Position numbers and translations under genes: made by a program
Notes under the pieces: model-generated
Databases searched by the model: none
Told to the model about the DNA's origin: nothing
What the model saw: only the letters and a program-made list of their open reading frames with translations
Shown: positions 10,085 through 22,693 of the stretch, piece after piece
How positions within the stretch are numbered: position 1 is the first letter of the stretch
How the letters are laid out: each line of letters begins with the position of its first letter
Source: Octopus vulgaris
Taxonomy: Eukaryota
Length of the DNA stretch: 64,000 nt
Assembly (NCBI GenBank): GCA_951406725.2
Contig: OX597814.1
Span: forward strand, 109,120,001 to 109,184,000
Direction of reading: 5' to 3'

Positions 10085-12522
10085 TGACTATATCTAAACC
10101 CTATTTTGTTCCTATTTTGTAGATATATGTACTAATATTAATCTAAAATTTAGTATGTGATTTATAATACATATTACATGATTTTATATGTTAAATTTAA
10201 TATTATTAAATAAATAATTTAATATTTTAATAAATTTATTACTTAATGATAGAAGTGTAGTGTTTCCAATTCTGTATGAGGTTTGGTATTAGTCAATAAG
10301 AGTTATTAAATGTTCTTTATTTACTTAAAGTTAGATTATATTTAGATGTTTATTTTATTACTAAATATTTAATGGTTTCAATGAATATAGATTATATGAA
10401 GGTTTATAATTTTGAATGTATAAGATAATTTTTTCTTTTTGTAATATTTTTTATAATAATTTGTAGTTTTTTTATTCAATTATAGAATGATACATTTGAT
10501 CTATAGATAAATTAATTTACATATACAATTAGTTTAATTTATTATTGGTTAGTATTTATTTTGAGTATTAATATGACATATAATATAAATATATATTTAT
10601 CTTATACTAGAGTTAAGTTTATAGTTTGTTATAAATTTGTTAAATTAATCAATTTGTGTGTATTTTCTATATATTTGAAGTAGATTTATTTAGTTGTTTA
10701 TTTAATCAATATTATAAAGAATTTTATTAGAATATAGTTTTTATATTAATTAGTGGTCATATAATAGATAATGCTTGAATTACTACTGAATTAATTTTGA
10801 ATGTGTCTAATAGTATTTTTTTATTTTCTTATTTTTTATTTATATTAATTTGACTACTACGTAATTTTTTATATAAATTAATTAAATCTTATAAGATTTT
10901 TAGAATATACACAGTAATTGGTAGTTATATTAATTATTTAATTTATTGAGTATAATTTATTGTAGTTATTTTTAATGATAAATCTTATAGTATATAGTGG
11001 TTTTATTCTCTAATTGTAACTTCGTTCTATTTACATTTATAGATAAACTATAGCTGTTTCCATTGACAATATTTATTCATAATTTTCATTGATAAAATAT
11101 ATTTGTAGTTTTTCATTGTTAAAAGAATTCTTCATCTATTTATTCTATTTCTGTTAATAACATAATTCCACGAGTATTCTTATAAATGCTGTAAAAACAT
11201 TTTCCGTTTTAAAATTTTAGTTCATGATACGGCCTTGGAAAGCTAGGTAATCTATTTCTATTTAAGATTTTAAAGTTTTAAAATATTTTAATAAGTCTTA
11301 TTGCATTATTTTGTATACTATATAAATACTGATTGTTATTTAATGATTTAGTTGTTGAAGATATGTATATAATTATTAGATTATAACTCTATGTTATTTG
11401 TAAGATATTACTTAGCCAAAGAGATATATAGATCGTTAATAGTGATACGGTTTTTTTTAAAGTTAGGTTTCTGGTTTTAATTTGATTTTAATCTTTAATT
11501 TTTTTAATGTATCTCATAATTATATTATATTAATATTTAATATTTATGTAAGTAGTATTGGATTAATTAATTTATTTATTTTTCTTTATATGTCTATACA
11601 TTTATTGATAGAGTAAATTTTAGATTTTAATCACTGTATTTGTTGATAATAATTTAGTTATTATTTTTTAAATATTTTATAATTATTAGATGTGTACTTA
11701 AATCTAAAATATGAATAATGATTATTTAGTTAAATAATTTGGTAATTAAATTTTGGACTATAATTGAGTTAAGGATATTCATGAGTTTATTATGTTTTTT
11801 AAAACATATTATATATTCATAGATATCTCTAATAGTGACTTTGTTCTATTATAGCTTAAATATAGCCATTTTCCATTGATAAAATATATTCGTAGTTTTC
11901 TTTGTTAAAAGAATTTTCCATTTGTTTATTATTAGTTTAGTTAATGACACGATTTTTGAAAGTAAACCTTTTTATTAAAGTTATTTTAATAATTTATGTT
12001 ATTTTGTATTATATTGGATACTATATAACTACTGATTGTTAATTTGATTGTATAATTATTTAGTTGTTGAAGATATGTACTTCATTATTAGATTATAACT
12101 ATACGTTTTTTTGTAAGTTATTACTTAGCCAACGAGATATATAGATTGTTAAATAGTTATACGTTTTTTTAAAATAGGTTATACGTTTATAATTTGCTTT
12201 TTCATCTTTAATTTTTTAATATATTTCATAAATATATTACATTAATATTTAATATTTACGTAAGATATAATGGAATAATTAATTTATTTAATAATAGAAA
12301 TATTAAAATTACTAAGTCTCTCTAAAGGAGATTACGGCAGCGTTACTGGAAATTAATAGTTATCGCCATACTTATATGGCAGTCTTATAAATATAAGACT
12401 AAAGTTGTTGCTGATTAGCTCCAAGAGGCCACCGCCTCAAGCTAGCTATTTGACACACAACCTGCGTCCATTATAAACCTTCGAACAGGGAGGTCAGCCG
12501 CTTCATCCTGCCAGTCAGACAG

Positions 12523-12563
12523 CTGCAGACATGTTTCAGGGTATTTGCCCTTTATCAATGCAG
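12523..12563 (-). ncRNA. Minimal type I hammerhead ribozyme, U3-A8 core (minus arm)
   Basis: CUGCA-UUGAUAA-AGGG-caaaua-CCCU-GAAAC-AU-GUC-UGCAG. Confidence 0.8.
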
Positions 12564-12689
12564 TGTAGTCAGACCCAGCAGGTGTCGCTACTGACTGTCC
12601 CTGTTCAAAGAATCTATTTACCTAGTTTCAGTGGAATACATCCACTTGTTTTCAATAATAGAAATATTAAAATTACTAAGTCTCTCTAT

Positions 12690-12732
12690 GCTGCATTGAT
12701 AAAGGGCAAATACCCTGAAACATGTCTGCAGC
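12690..12732 (+). ncRNA. Minimal type I hammerhead ribozyme, U3-A8 core (plus arm)
   Basis: Stem I GCUGCA/UGCAGC; core UUGAUAA 12696-12702; stem II AGGG/CCCU; GAAA 12717-12720; palindromic stem III ACAUGU; GUC triplet 12724-12726. Confidence 0.82.
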
Positions 12733-13006
12733 TGTCTGACTGGCAGGATGAAGCGGCTGACCTCCCCTGTTCGAAGGTTTATAATGGACGCAGGTTGTGT
12801 GTCAAATAGCTAGCTTGAGGTGGTGGCCTCTTGGAGCTAATCAGCGACAGCTTTAGTCTTATATTTATAAGACTGCCATATAAGTATGGTGACAACTATT
12901 AATTCATTTAGTTTTCATTATACGTCTATATATTTATTGATAGAGAAAATTTTAGATCTTAATTATTATATTTATTGATAATAATTTAGTTATTCTTAAA
13001 TCAATA

Positions 13007-13592
13007 TCTATAAATCTGAAATGCGAAAAGTTTGTTTGTTTGTCTGGTTTTGGCATTGGAACGGGTTAAAGAGCACTAGATCACGTCAGATTCGCACCAA
13101 AATTTACAGGGTCATGTAAAATGAGGTGGGGATGTGAGTGGGCTAGGTTAGAAATCCCTATCTCAAACGCTGTGGTTACTAGGGCAAAAACCCCACACTT
13201 TGACAAGTTTTTCTCGCTTCTCCCATTTTCTTATCTGCCTGTCTTCCGCTGTCTCTCTCTCTCTCCCCTCCCTTCCCTTTCTCTCAATAATGACATTTGA
13301 CAGTGTCTACTATCTTTCCCCCGCCGCATTCGCTAGTGCTGTCTTTCTCTCTCTACATCTGTCTGCATTCATAAAGAGAATTATTATCGTCACCACCATC
13401 ACACAATCATGAGAACAAATATTATGAATCAGATATTTATTGGGTTAATTTATATGTGTGTGTGTGTGTTCTATATATAAATATGTATATATAATGTGTA
13501 TATATACAAAGTGTATATATCTATATGTATGTATATATATATATATATATATAATTTGTATATATTTGTATATATAATGCGTACACACACAC

Positions 13593-13635
<43 letters not shown>

Positions 13636-14585
13636 GCGTATATATGTACATGCATATATATATTTTGATGCGTATATATATATATATATAGCGTGTGCAT
13701 TATGTGGTCGGTTGAGCTGAAAATATGCACACCTATGTTAAAAGTGCTGGAGAGTTTGCATGGCAACTATTTTTTTCCACAAATGAAAAGAGTGACCTCT
13801 AGGACAAAATTCCTCATCTTATAAAATGTGGCCCGAGTAGACCTGAATGAAATCGGGTTATATTAACCAAAATGTGAAAAGGGGTCTAAATGGGGCTGGA
13901 AGGGGATTAAAATTGACAGGAGCGGGTGTTTAGGAATTCTCTGTTACATCAAGCTAAAAACTTTGCGCCAGCCTTTAAATCATCAATGTGTTACCGTCCA
14001 TGATGAAGACATTTTGAATGCTTGCCATGGTGAGTCTGCTGTCGTGAGAAAGAATCACTTCAAAACTTGGTGTTTAGGAATTTTCTTTTACATCAAGTTC
14101 AAAATTTTATGCCAGCTGTTAAACTGCCACTACGTTGCTGTCCGTCGTTAAGAAATGCCAGCCATGATGACTCTACTATCCCCAGATTCTATCCCTTCAA
14201 ACTTTGGTTTCCAATATTCTTTTATTTTTATTCAGCTCGCAAGTTTGTCTGTCCCTTTTAAATGTTAGTGTTTTGCTGTCTGCCTTGAAGCAGACCTTTC
14301 CGTTGTCACTGCCTGATACTTATGATTGATCTTTCAAAATATTTTCTTTCTCAACTTACTCAAGATCTTTTGTTGTTTATAAATGGGAGAGAGATAGATA
14401 GAGAAGATAGAGAGTAAGAGAAAGCGAGGGAGAGTCTGAGAGAAAGGAAGAGTAAGAGTGGGAAAGTGAGAGAGAAAGGAGAGAGAAACAAAGAGGGAGA
14501 ATGTGGTGATAAAAAACAGAAAGGAAGCAATAGAAAGTAACAACCACACTCTTACCCGCGCATAGAGCGTGTCACCTTAAGCTAG
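13007..14585 (+). mobile_element. Non-autonomous Helitron
   Basis: 5' TC (tctataaatctgaaatgcgaaaagtttgtttg), imperfect 3' hairpin 14554-14572, CTAG end, inserted between A and T with no TSD. The flanks rejoin to match the upstream paralogous segment near 11645-11720. Confidence 0.75.
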
Positions 14586-15604
14586 TATTTTATAACTATT
14601 AGTTTTGAACTTCAAATTAAAAATATGAATAGTGATTATTTTGTTAAATAATTTGGTAATTAGATATTAACTATAGCTGTGATTAGGATATTCATGAGTT
14701 TATGTTTTTTAAAGCCATATTATATCCTAATAGATAAATACATTTTCTATCTATTTTTACCTTAAAAATTAATATTTAACATCATAATTGGGTTGTATGA
14801 CATAATCCTAATCGTTAAAGTTTCTAATTTGATAATAGAGTTTTTTATAAGAAAAATTATTATTTTATTTAGTTCTTAAAAAATATTGTTTAAATATATT
14901 TGCTTATTTATTTAACTTATATAACACAGCGTTTGAGATAGGGATTTCTAACCTAGCTCACTCACATCCTCACCTCATTTTACATGTCCCTGTAAATTTT
15001 GGAGCGAATCTGACAGGATCTAGTGCCCTTTAACCCATTCCAATGCCAAAACCAGACAAACAAACAAACTTTTCGCATTTCAGATTTATAGATACTGATT
15101 TAAGAATAACTAAATTATTATCAATATAATAATTAAGATCTAAAATTTTCTCTATCAATAAAATTTATTGAAGATTGACTATAATTATAATTCGAATTTT
15201 TAAATGAATTTAAATTAATTGTAATTCAAATTGGGTTATGGCCATGAAACCTATGTAGTGGTTTTACTTATTATATTATATTGAACTTTTTAATACTTTT
15301 TGATAGTTTAAAAAAAAATTTATAAATTATTAATAAATTTAAAAAATTAAAAGTTTTAAAATTTATAAAATTTTAAAAATATAAAAGATTATAAAAATTT
15401 ATAAATATAAATTAAATTTTAAATTTTATATTTTATATATTATATTAATTATATTTATTTTTATGTTTTGGTTTATGTTTTTCACTGTTTGATTTGCCTA
15501 ATAGTGGTTTTATCTCTAACTTAATTTATATTTATACTGTGAAATTTGATTTAATCCTAAATCTAATTTTTCCCTGTAAGTTTGGATTTACTCCCTAATA
15601 TTAT

Positions 15605-15652
<48 letters not shown>

Positions 15653-16005
15653 CTTCTTTCAGTTTCTTTTTAACATATTCACTCGCAAAGTGGTGACCAA
15701 CTCAGGGCTGTCATGGAACTCACTTGCCCATGGCGCTGTGCAGTGGGGCTGAATCTGAAACCATGTAAGAAGTGAAATTCCTGTGTGGCTCCAGATCCAA
15801 TGCCACTGCAGGAAGTGAAATTATTAACTACACAGCCTTCGCCTACTTCCATTCACCAAGTGTCTAAATTTCATGACTTAAGCAATATTCAAGATGTGTA
15901 AATATACAGGGTACATACAGGTGAAAAACAAAGCATGAATGTAAAATGGCAGAACACGGTGCATATGAAATACTGTTCTACATAAAATCAGAGAAAACAA
16001 ATTAC

Positions 16006-16083
16006 ATTTCCATTAGGCGCCGGTTTTCAGCTTCCTGCATTTCTCGTTCTTTACGTTCTCTTTCTTCTTTCTCTTTAACTTCC
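16006..16083 (-). CDS. HYDIN: HYDIN exon (EVKEKEERERKEREMQEAENRRLME), coiled coil
   Basis: AG/GT boundaries; phase continues from exon 20587-20728. Confidence 0.8.
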
Positions 16084-16251
16084 CTAAAAGAACAAACGAA
16101 TGCAGATAATCACTTCAAACTACTTCAGTTATATACAGTAACATTAGATGTCAATAACACGCCCGTGTATATTTTCGCCTCCTCAAATGTTTCGAGTTTA
16201 ACCCTCATCACAATTCTATGAGCTACATCTTAGGACAGCTGTACCTCATCT

Positions 16252-16478
16252 TTAACCCTTTCGTTACCGTATTTCTGTTGAGATGCTCTGTGTTTCTTTC
16301 AATTACTTTAAATATAACAAAGAATTTAGTAAAATAACTTAGTTATTATTAAGCTAGTGTTAGGAACATAAATTGTGGCTGAGGTTTGGTGGAAGATTTT
16401 AATTCAAAACTTATGAAAACAAGACATTTGTACTCAGACCAGAGCCAGTTTCAGCCAGGTTGGTATCAAAAGGGTTAA
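16252..16478. mobile_element. piggyBac-type MITE
   Basis: TTAA-ccctttcgttacc ... ggtatcaaaaggg-TTAA; relatives at about 38610-38760, 40708-41190, 49126-49608, 62119-62400. Confidence 0.8.
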
Positions 16479-16709
16479 TACACTCTTTTATTTTCTAATC
16501 ATTCTTATCACCTTCTCATGTCTGCTGTTCACAGTCTCTCTCTCTCCCCCTTTGTCCTCGACTCATTATAGTCATCTTCAAATACCTCTGACAGCCATCT
16601 CTCTCATTCTACAATACTTTCCCTTCACCAAGCTGCACATTATCTCCACATTTTCTGATTTACCAACACTGTTATTATACCCCTTCCTTCCTCTTACAAC
16701 CAATTATCA

Positions 16710-17210
16710 CTTCCACCTTCCTGAGCCACTCCTATTTCTTTCTCACCCTCATTCCTTAGCTCCTCCTACCTCCTTCGCCTCCTTTCCTTTCAACCTTCCT
16801 GAGCCACTCCTATTCTTTCTCCACCTCCTATCTCCTTTGCCTCCCTCCTTCCTCAGTCCCACCTACTTCCTTTCCCTCCAACCTTCCTTAGCCACTCCTA
16901 TTTCTTTCTCATCCTCATTCCTTAGCTCCTCTTACCTTCCTTTCCTTTCAACCTTCCTGAGCCACTCCTATTCTTTCTCCACCTCCTACTTCCTTTGCTT
17001 CCCTCCTTCCTCAGCCCCACTTACTTCCTTTCCCTCCAACCTTCCTCAGCCACACCTATTCTTACTCCCCTCCTTCCTTAGCTCCTAGCTCCTTTGCTTC
17101 CCTCCTTCCTCAGCTCCCCTACTTCCTTTTCCACCAACCTTCCTGAGTCACTCTTATTTCTTTCACCTCACCTTCCTTCCTTAGCTCCTCCTACCCCCCT
17201 CCTTCCTCAG
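16710..17210. repeat. Pyrimidine-rich minisatellite (~80-bp unit containing caaccttcctgagccactcctatt)
   Basis: About six degenerate units read directly. Confidence 0.8.
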
Positions 17211-17340
17211 AAATGAGAAAAAAGTACTCAATACACTCAACAAAGTGTTTAGCATTAGCAGGGAATTGAGCTGCAGAAACCATGCCAAAACAGACAATGG
17301 AGCTCACCATAATTCTTCAGCTCATTGGATCATGTTACAT

Positions 17341-17647
17341 CAGAAGTTCTCAGACTTTTTGGGCCACTGCACCCCTCAGTGCCCGACCCCTATTTTTATG
17401 TATAAATAAATCTTACATTTTACTAATTTATGTATACCATGAATCATTTGATATTTAATATAATATTATATAATTTGTATATAATACTATAATATTATAA
17501 TAAATTCATAGCATCCCCCAATCCACTGCCTTCCTCCCAACGCCTCCATTTTCTCTACCACCCCCCCACCATCACCTTAGGCCCATCTGAACCATCTCAA
17601 CACCCACTGGGGGGGGGGGGGAGTAGCACCCACTTTGGGAACCTATG
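17341..17647. mobile_element. hAT-type MITE
   Basis: Perfect 8-bp TSD tgttacat at 17333-17340 and 17648-17655; degenerate TIRs. Confidence 0.75.
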
Positions 17648-18999
17648 TGTTACATCATCCAACTCAGCCAGCATGGAAGACGGATGTTAAGTCATTTTTT
17701 TTTCTCTATTTGCATCAGTCATTAAACTGCGGCCATGCTGGAGCACTACTTTGTACAATTTGTAGTCAAATGAATCTACTCCAGTAACTATTTTTTGTAA
17801 AGTTTGGAACTTACTTTATCAGTTTCTTTTGTTGATCCACTAGGTTACGGGGGATGTAAACACACCAACACTGGTTGTCAAGCAGTTGTGGGGACAAATA
17901 CAAGCACAATGACACACACATGGCATATATATATATAATATATATATATGTTAGGTGCGAGCTGGCAGAAACATTAGTGCACTGGGTGAAATGCTTAGCA
18001 GTATTTCGTCTGTTGTTACTTTCTGAGTTCAAATTCTGCCGATGTCGACTTTGCTTTTCATCCTATCGGGGTCGATAAATTAAGTACCAGTTTCGCACTG
18101 GGGTCAATGTAATCGACTTAATCCCTTTGTCTGTCCTTGTTTGTCCCCTCTATGTTTAGCCCCTTGTGGGCAGTAAAGAAATATATATATATGATGGGCT
18201 TTCTTCCTATTTCCATTTACAAGGTTGTTGTCTATCTGAAGCTATTGCAGAAGACACCTGCCCATAGTGCCACTTAGTGGGACTCAACCGAGAACCATGA
18301 GAATGGGAAGCATGCTTCTTACCACACAACCATCCTGCACCTATAATGATAATGATAACCTACAATTTTGTAACTCAATAAAGTTGACTTGTTTATTGGT
18401 GTGAGGTGACTGAAGGATGGTTTTGGATGCATGAGCAATCTGCCTCCCATCCACCTTCACTATTTCATACATTTCAAGCCTGTTCAAAGTCGTCATCATC
18501 ATCATCATCGTTTAACATCCGTTTTCCATGCTTGCATGGGTTGAACGGTTCGACCGGGGTCTGGGAAGCCAGGAGGCTGCACCAGGCTCCTGTCTGATCT
18601 GGCAGTGTTTCTACAGCTGGATACCCTTCCTAACGCCAACCACTCCGTGAGTGTAGTGGGTTCTTTTTACATGTCACCAGCACAGGGGCCAGATGAGGCT
18701 GGCAAACGGCCATGATCGGTTGGTGCTTTTACATGTCACCGACACAGACGCCAGTCAGGCGGCGCTGGCAACTGCCACATTGGTGCTTTTAACGTGTCAC
18801 TGGTACGGGTATCTTAACTACAATTTCCATTTGCTTTTCATATTGATCTTGATGTTAACATACTTGACTCAATAGGTCTCCTCAAGAACAGCGGGTGATT
18901 CTACGATCCAAGGTTAGCACAGCAGGCCGTCCTGTGACCCATGGATTCACTTCATTTGTTGGGTCTTCGAAGTCACAGCATATCTCCAGAGGTCTCGGT

Positions 19000-19520
19000 C
19001 TCAGTCAAAGTATTACACAATAATCCGGTTTCACAAAGATGAAGTTATTTTTCTTCAATGAAACACAAATTATAAACCCAAGTATCATCACCTGTAATGC
19101 TGAGGAGAGAAAATTGAATAACGGAGCTTGACCAGCTGCAATCAGTTTGTGTCCTGGAAGCCATCAAGACTTCAGGTGTTCTTGGACACCACACTGCTGA
19201 TTTCCTCTGCAAAATCAGGATGACTGTTGTGTATCCGAGCCTCATAAGGTTGGGGAAGGAGGTTTGCTGCAGTGAATGTTGCTGGTGAATCTCCATGACA
19301 ACACATCGCAGACATGTCTGCAAGGCATGGCTGACCATGCCATCTGGGCCTAGGTGAACACCCTCCCCACCATCTTCTGCTACTTAATCCCACACTTTTT
19401 CACTTCTTTTTCATTATTTTCTTGTAATCAAATCATGATTCAATCTTTATGTAAATAAAACCAAATACAACTCCTCCTTCATATACTGCTGTATAGTGAA
19501 ACTGTACACCCCTCCCGGTA
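19000..19520 (-). mobile_element. Highly decayed mariner transposase fragment
   Basis: Translated pieces SAVWCPR (cf. WVPR) and ITGDDTWVY (cf. ITGDETWVY). Confidence 0.55.
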
Positions 19521-19705
19521 AAAAGTGATAGTAGCCAGCCATTATAAATAGACCAGTAGCTGGTCGACAGAGGGAGGTCAAGAGTAAAAGTCAAATGTGT
19601 TGAAAGTCATGTCTGTGCTGATATAGCAATTATACTGTGATACTGAGCGGACGTTACAACGATCCAACTACTACTTTGATGGATCTTAAGAGTTTCTGGT
19701 GATTA

Positions 19706-20050
19706 TAAAGGTACTGAACCTCTTATCCAGAATCTAGAAATCCAGAATTACCTGATATCCAGCTATTTTTTAAACTGGCTAGCTTTGAATTTCACGGGCT
19801 GTAGTAATTTTCCACACAGTCACTTTGTTTTGGTTTCCATGGCATATGCATCACATGACACCAGACCGAACAGACCCTGTTTTAGAAATGTATTAATCTG
19901 TATATGTTATACAATTCTGTTCTCTACTTTTCATTGTTTATTTTATATTTTTGGTATATATATTTAGCCTGTGTCCAGAAATCAAAAAAATCCAGAAATT
20001 CGGGCCACCTCTGGACCCAAAGTTGCTGGATAAGAGATCCGATACCTGTA
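19706..20050. mobile_element. Tc1/mariner-superfamily (Tigger/pogo-like) MITE
   Basis: TA-flanked imperfect TIRs aggtactgaacctcttatccag / ctggataagagatccgatacct. Confidence 0.7.
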
Positions 20051-20586
20051 ATAACAAGTGACAGAGCAGACAACTTACCACAGCACAGGGGAGAGTTGCT
20101 GAAACAAAAGACAATCTACCAAAGGAAGCTATGGAAGCTGAAAGGTGTTGTGACAAGCCATAGGCTCAAGGATGTACTAGTTATCATATGTGAAGGTGCA
20201 TGGCTTAGTGGTTAGGATATTAAGCTCATGACTATAAGGCCAAGAGTTCAATTCCCAATGGCGCATTTTGTTTTTGAGCAAAATACTTTATTTCACTCAG
20301 CTGACAACTCTGAGTTGTACCTGTAATTCAAAGGGCCAGCCTTGTCGCACCTATGTCACACTGAATCTCCCAAAGAACTACATTAAGGGTATGAGTCTCT
20401 GTGGAGTACTCAGCCACTTGCACATTAGTTTTACATGCAGGCTGTTCCGTTGACTGGATCAATTGGAACCCTCATTATTGTAACCTACGGGGTGCCAGTT
20501 AGTTGTCATATATGATGGGAGGAAGAGGTAGTGACTAATGACATAGATAGGTAAAGCATTAAGTCTTTCCACTGCAAACAACTTAC

Positions 20587-20728
20587 CTGCTCATCCTATT
20601 TTTCTTTATTACCATTAATCGGCCTTCTACTCGGGCCCTTTGTTCCTCGGACATTGCATCATACTCGCCCTCAGACATTTCTTCGATCCATTTCCTCTCC
20701 AGTTCATCTTCTAGAATCTTCTGCTTTT
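20587..20728 (-). CDS. HYDIN: HYDIN exon (KQKILEDELERKWIEEMSEGEYDAMSEEQRARVEGRLMVIKKNRMS)
   Basis: EYDAMSEE resembles the HYDIN EEYDALTEEE segment; ttctttag acceptor, AG|GTAAGT donor. Confidence 0.88.
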
Positions 20729-21153
20729 CTAAAGAATATATTAATCATTAAATATCAAACAGTTTTCCACTAACAAATACAAACTTAGAAAATTACTATT
20801 TTAAAATCTCACAAGAGATATTCAACAACAGCACTTTGTAGTAAAGATTGTTTGCCACCATAACATGGCAGTCCTGGTTTAGGACACAGATATTATTTTG
20901 AGCTGAGTGGGGGTGCTAGATTCCCTTGTTCAAAAATATAAGGACACAGATCATGTTGTATAGTCAGCCGGAGATCATGTCTCCTGGGGCTACAAATTAC
21001 AGCAACATTCATCCTAAACCAGTAATGCCATGTTATGTTGGCAAACAATCTTTATTCCAAAGTACTGTTGCTGAATATCTCTCATTGTGAGATTTAAGAA
21101 ATAGTAATTTTCTAAAAGAAATCTGTTTTAATCTCCTGTTTAAACCTCACATC

Positions 21154-21570
21154 TGTAGTGATGCTACTGTGTAGGGTTCGGCGCGCATGCGCAGAATGGG
21201 ACTACTTCCGGGTGGCCACCGGAAGTCTTCCCCATGCGCATGTGCGGGAAAACATCTCTCGAGCCCGCGAACCTCAAATCTCTCTCTTCGCCTCAAGACA
21301 GCACTGCGATCGGTCACGGTTTTCCTGGCTCTGACAGCCACACACCAGCTTCAACCAACTTCAACCAACCTCAACGACCAACACCAGCAGAATATCAGAG
21401 GCTGTCTATTCCCCCCATCAGACAACGTACAACCATGAATCAATAAACCAAGTTGTCTGTTCACCTTAACCTGAGTTTCGTCTGTTTGTTTTCTGCAAGA
21501 ATTTTGTATGTGACTGGAAAGGATCTCAACACCCTTCCAGTGCTTCGGTGATAGATCCTTACACGTTACA
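21154..21570 (+). repeat. 5' LTR
   Basis: Matches 26050-26466; AATAAA at 21442-21447. Confidence 0.97.
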
Positions 21571-21572
21571 AT

Positions 21573-21582
21573 TGGTGACCCC
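21573..21582 (+). promoter_or_regulatory. Primer binding site (tRNA-Trp)
   Basis: TGGTGACCCC, 2 nt after the LTR, complementary to the tRNA-Trp 3' end (GGGGUCACCA). Confidence 0.85.
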
Positions 21583-21957
21583 TAGTTGAGAAAAAGAACA
21601 GGATAGAAGAAGAGACAGCGAACAGGTTTTTGGGGGGCCGAAGAGCACGGAAAATTAATATTTATTTTGATTCATTTTTTCTCCTTTTCAGCACGGCGAG
21701 GTGGGTCAAATAACCTTATTCATCGCACACAGTACAAAACAGAAAGAAAAAAAAAAGAAAACACACACACATTCATTTTTTTTTCCTTTTCTGTATTTTG
21801 TTTTCCTTGTACACACTTATTCCTCTTTTTTTTTTTGCTACCCACGAGGTGCACACACAAACACAATTTTGATTTGCCTTCTCGGTTCCACGTGTTCTCT
21901 CTCCATTTCTCGACCATACCTTCTGCCCCCTTCTCACAGATTCCTTCCGACAAAGGC

Positions 21958-22693
21958 ATGGCTTCAGGTTTGCCTTCATTTACGGGGGATGCGGGGCTGT
22001 GGTTTGCACAGGTGGAATCACACTTTGCCATGCATACCATTCCGCCACAACAGCAGTTACATCTACTGTATTCAAGTTTGCCCTCCCGGCTCGCAACATC
22101 GGTCAGGGATCTCATTGTGAGTCCCCATCCTGACGCCACATATGCGTCAGTAAAGGCGGAGATCCTCCGTCGCAATACGCGCTCAGAAGAGAGTCAGTTT
22201 AATGAACTGATGGCCGATGAGCAGTTAGGGGACAGAACTCCATCCCAATTTCTGCGCCATCTAAGAGAGCTAAGCAGCAACGCCGCTGACGCGCCGCTCT
22301 TACGTAAGATATTTTTCTCAAGGCTGCCTGCCCACGTGCAGACAATGTTGGCCACGGCACTGGATGCTGTGTCTGTGGACCAGATCGCCACGATGGCCGA
22401 CAAAGTGTTGGAGTTTTCGCGCCCATCTCCCTCGCGGGGCCTGTACGCATGTACAGAGCCCCCCGACACCTCCGACGAACGATAAACTGGCCGAGAACAT
22501 CGACGCGCTTACGCGGAGGATCGATGATCTGTGCCGTGCGATCGGACGCCAATCTCGTAGTCGCAGTAGCTCTATTTCCCGCAGTCGGAGTGACTCTGTT
22601 TCTCGTTCCGGCTGGTGCTGGTACCATTCGAGATATGCCGAAAAGGCAGATCGGTGTACCCAGCCGTGCACTTTCAAGCCCTCGGAAAACTAA
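21958..22693 (+). CDS. gag: Gag (one extra C in the C-run at 22459-22464 splits it across two ORFs)
   Basis: MASGLPSF...WFAQVESHF...[13 protein letters not shown], continuing as [13 protein letters not shown]...[18 protein letters not shown] (C-x2-H-x9-C-x3-C). Confidence 0.9.

Larger units (their letters stand above)
12291..12897. mobile_element. Non-autonomous hammerhead-bearing fold-back element (364-nt unit + 35-nt terminal redundancy + inverted partial arm)
   Basis: Direct repeat 12290-12324 / 12654-12688; inverted arms about 12350-12563 / 12691-12904; imperfect 13-bp TSD attaatttattta 12278-12290 / attaattcattta 12898-12910. Confidence 0.8.
8880..15607 (+). mobile_element. Second, decayed Penelope-like element between (TA)n tracts, with long AT-rich 3' region and nested insertions
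   Basis: Frameshifted ORF pieces 8880-10084: PYHKFN...SNH, Asn-rich linker, KIWLIVPYG, CTCRDKTKCKFNNKC, VVY...YIG, STGLSKYIW, YCYLC, KCRHR. (TA)n at 8853-8879 and 15608-15638. The right boundary is inferred. Confidence 0.75.

Noticed and set aside
16552-17088. 178-aa Pro/Ser/Leu-rich ORF (similarly 54958..55491)
   Set aside because: Open only because pyrimidine-rich low-complexity sequence lacks stop codons.
21667-21957. N-terminal extension of the gag ORF in the ORF track
   Set aside because: Low-complexity T-rich leader from a non-ATG start; Gag homology begins at ATG 21958.
22459-22464. Programmed +1 frameshift inside gag
   Set aside because: It lies in a C homopolymer, and other homopolymer-length discrepancies in the window point to sequencing error or a private indel.
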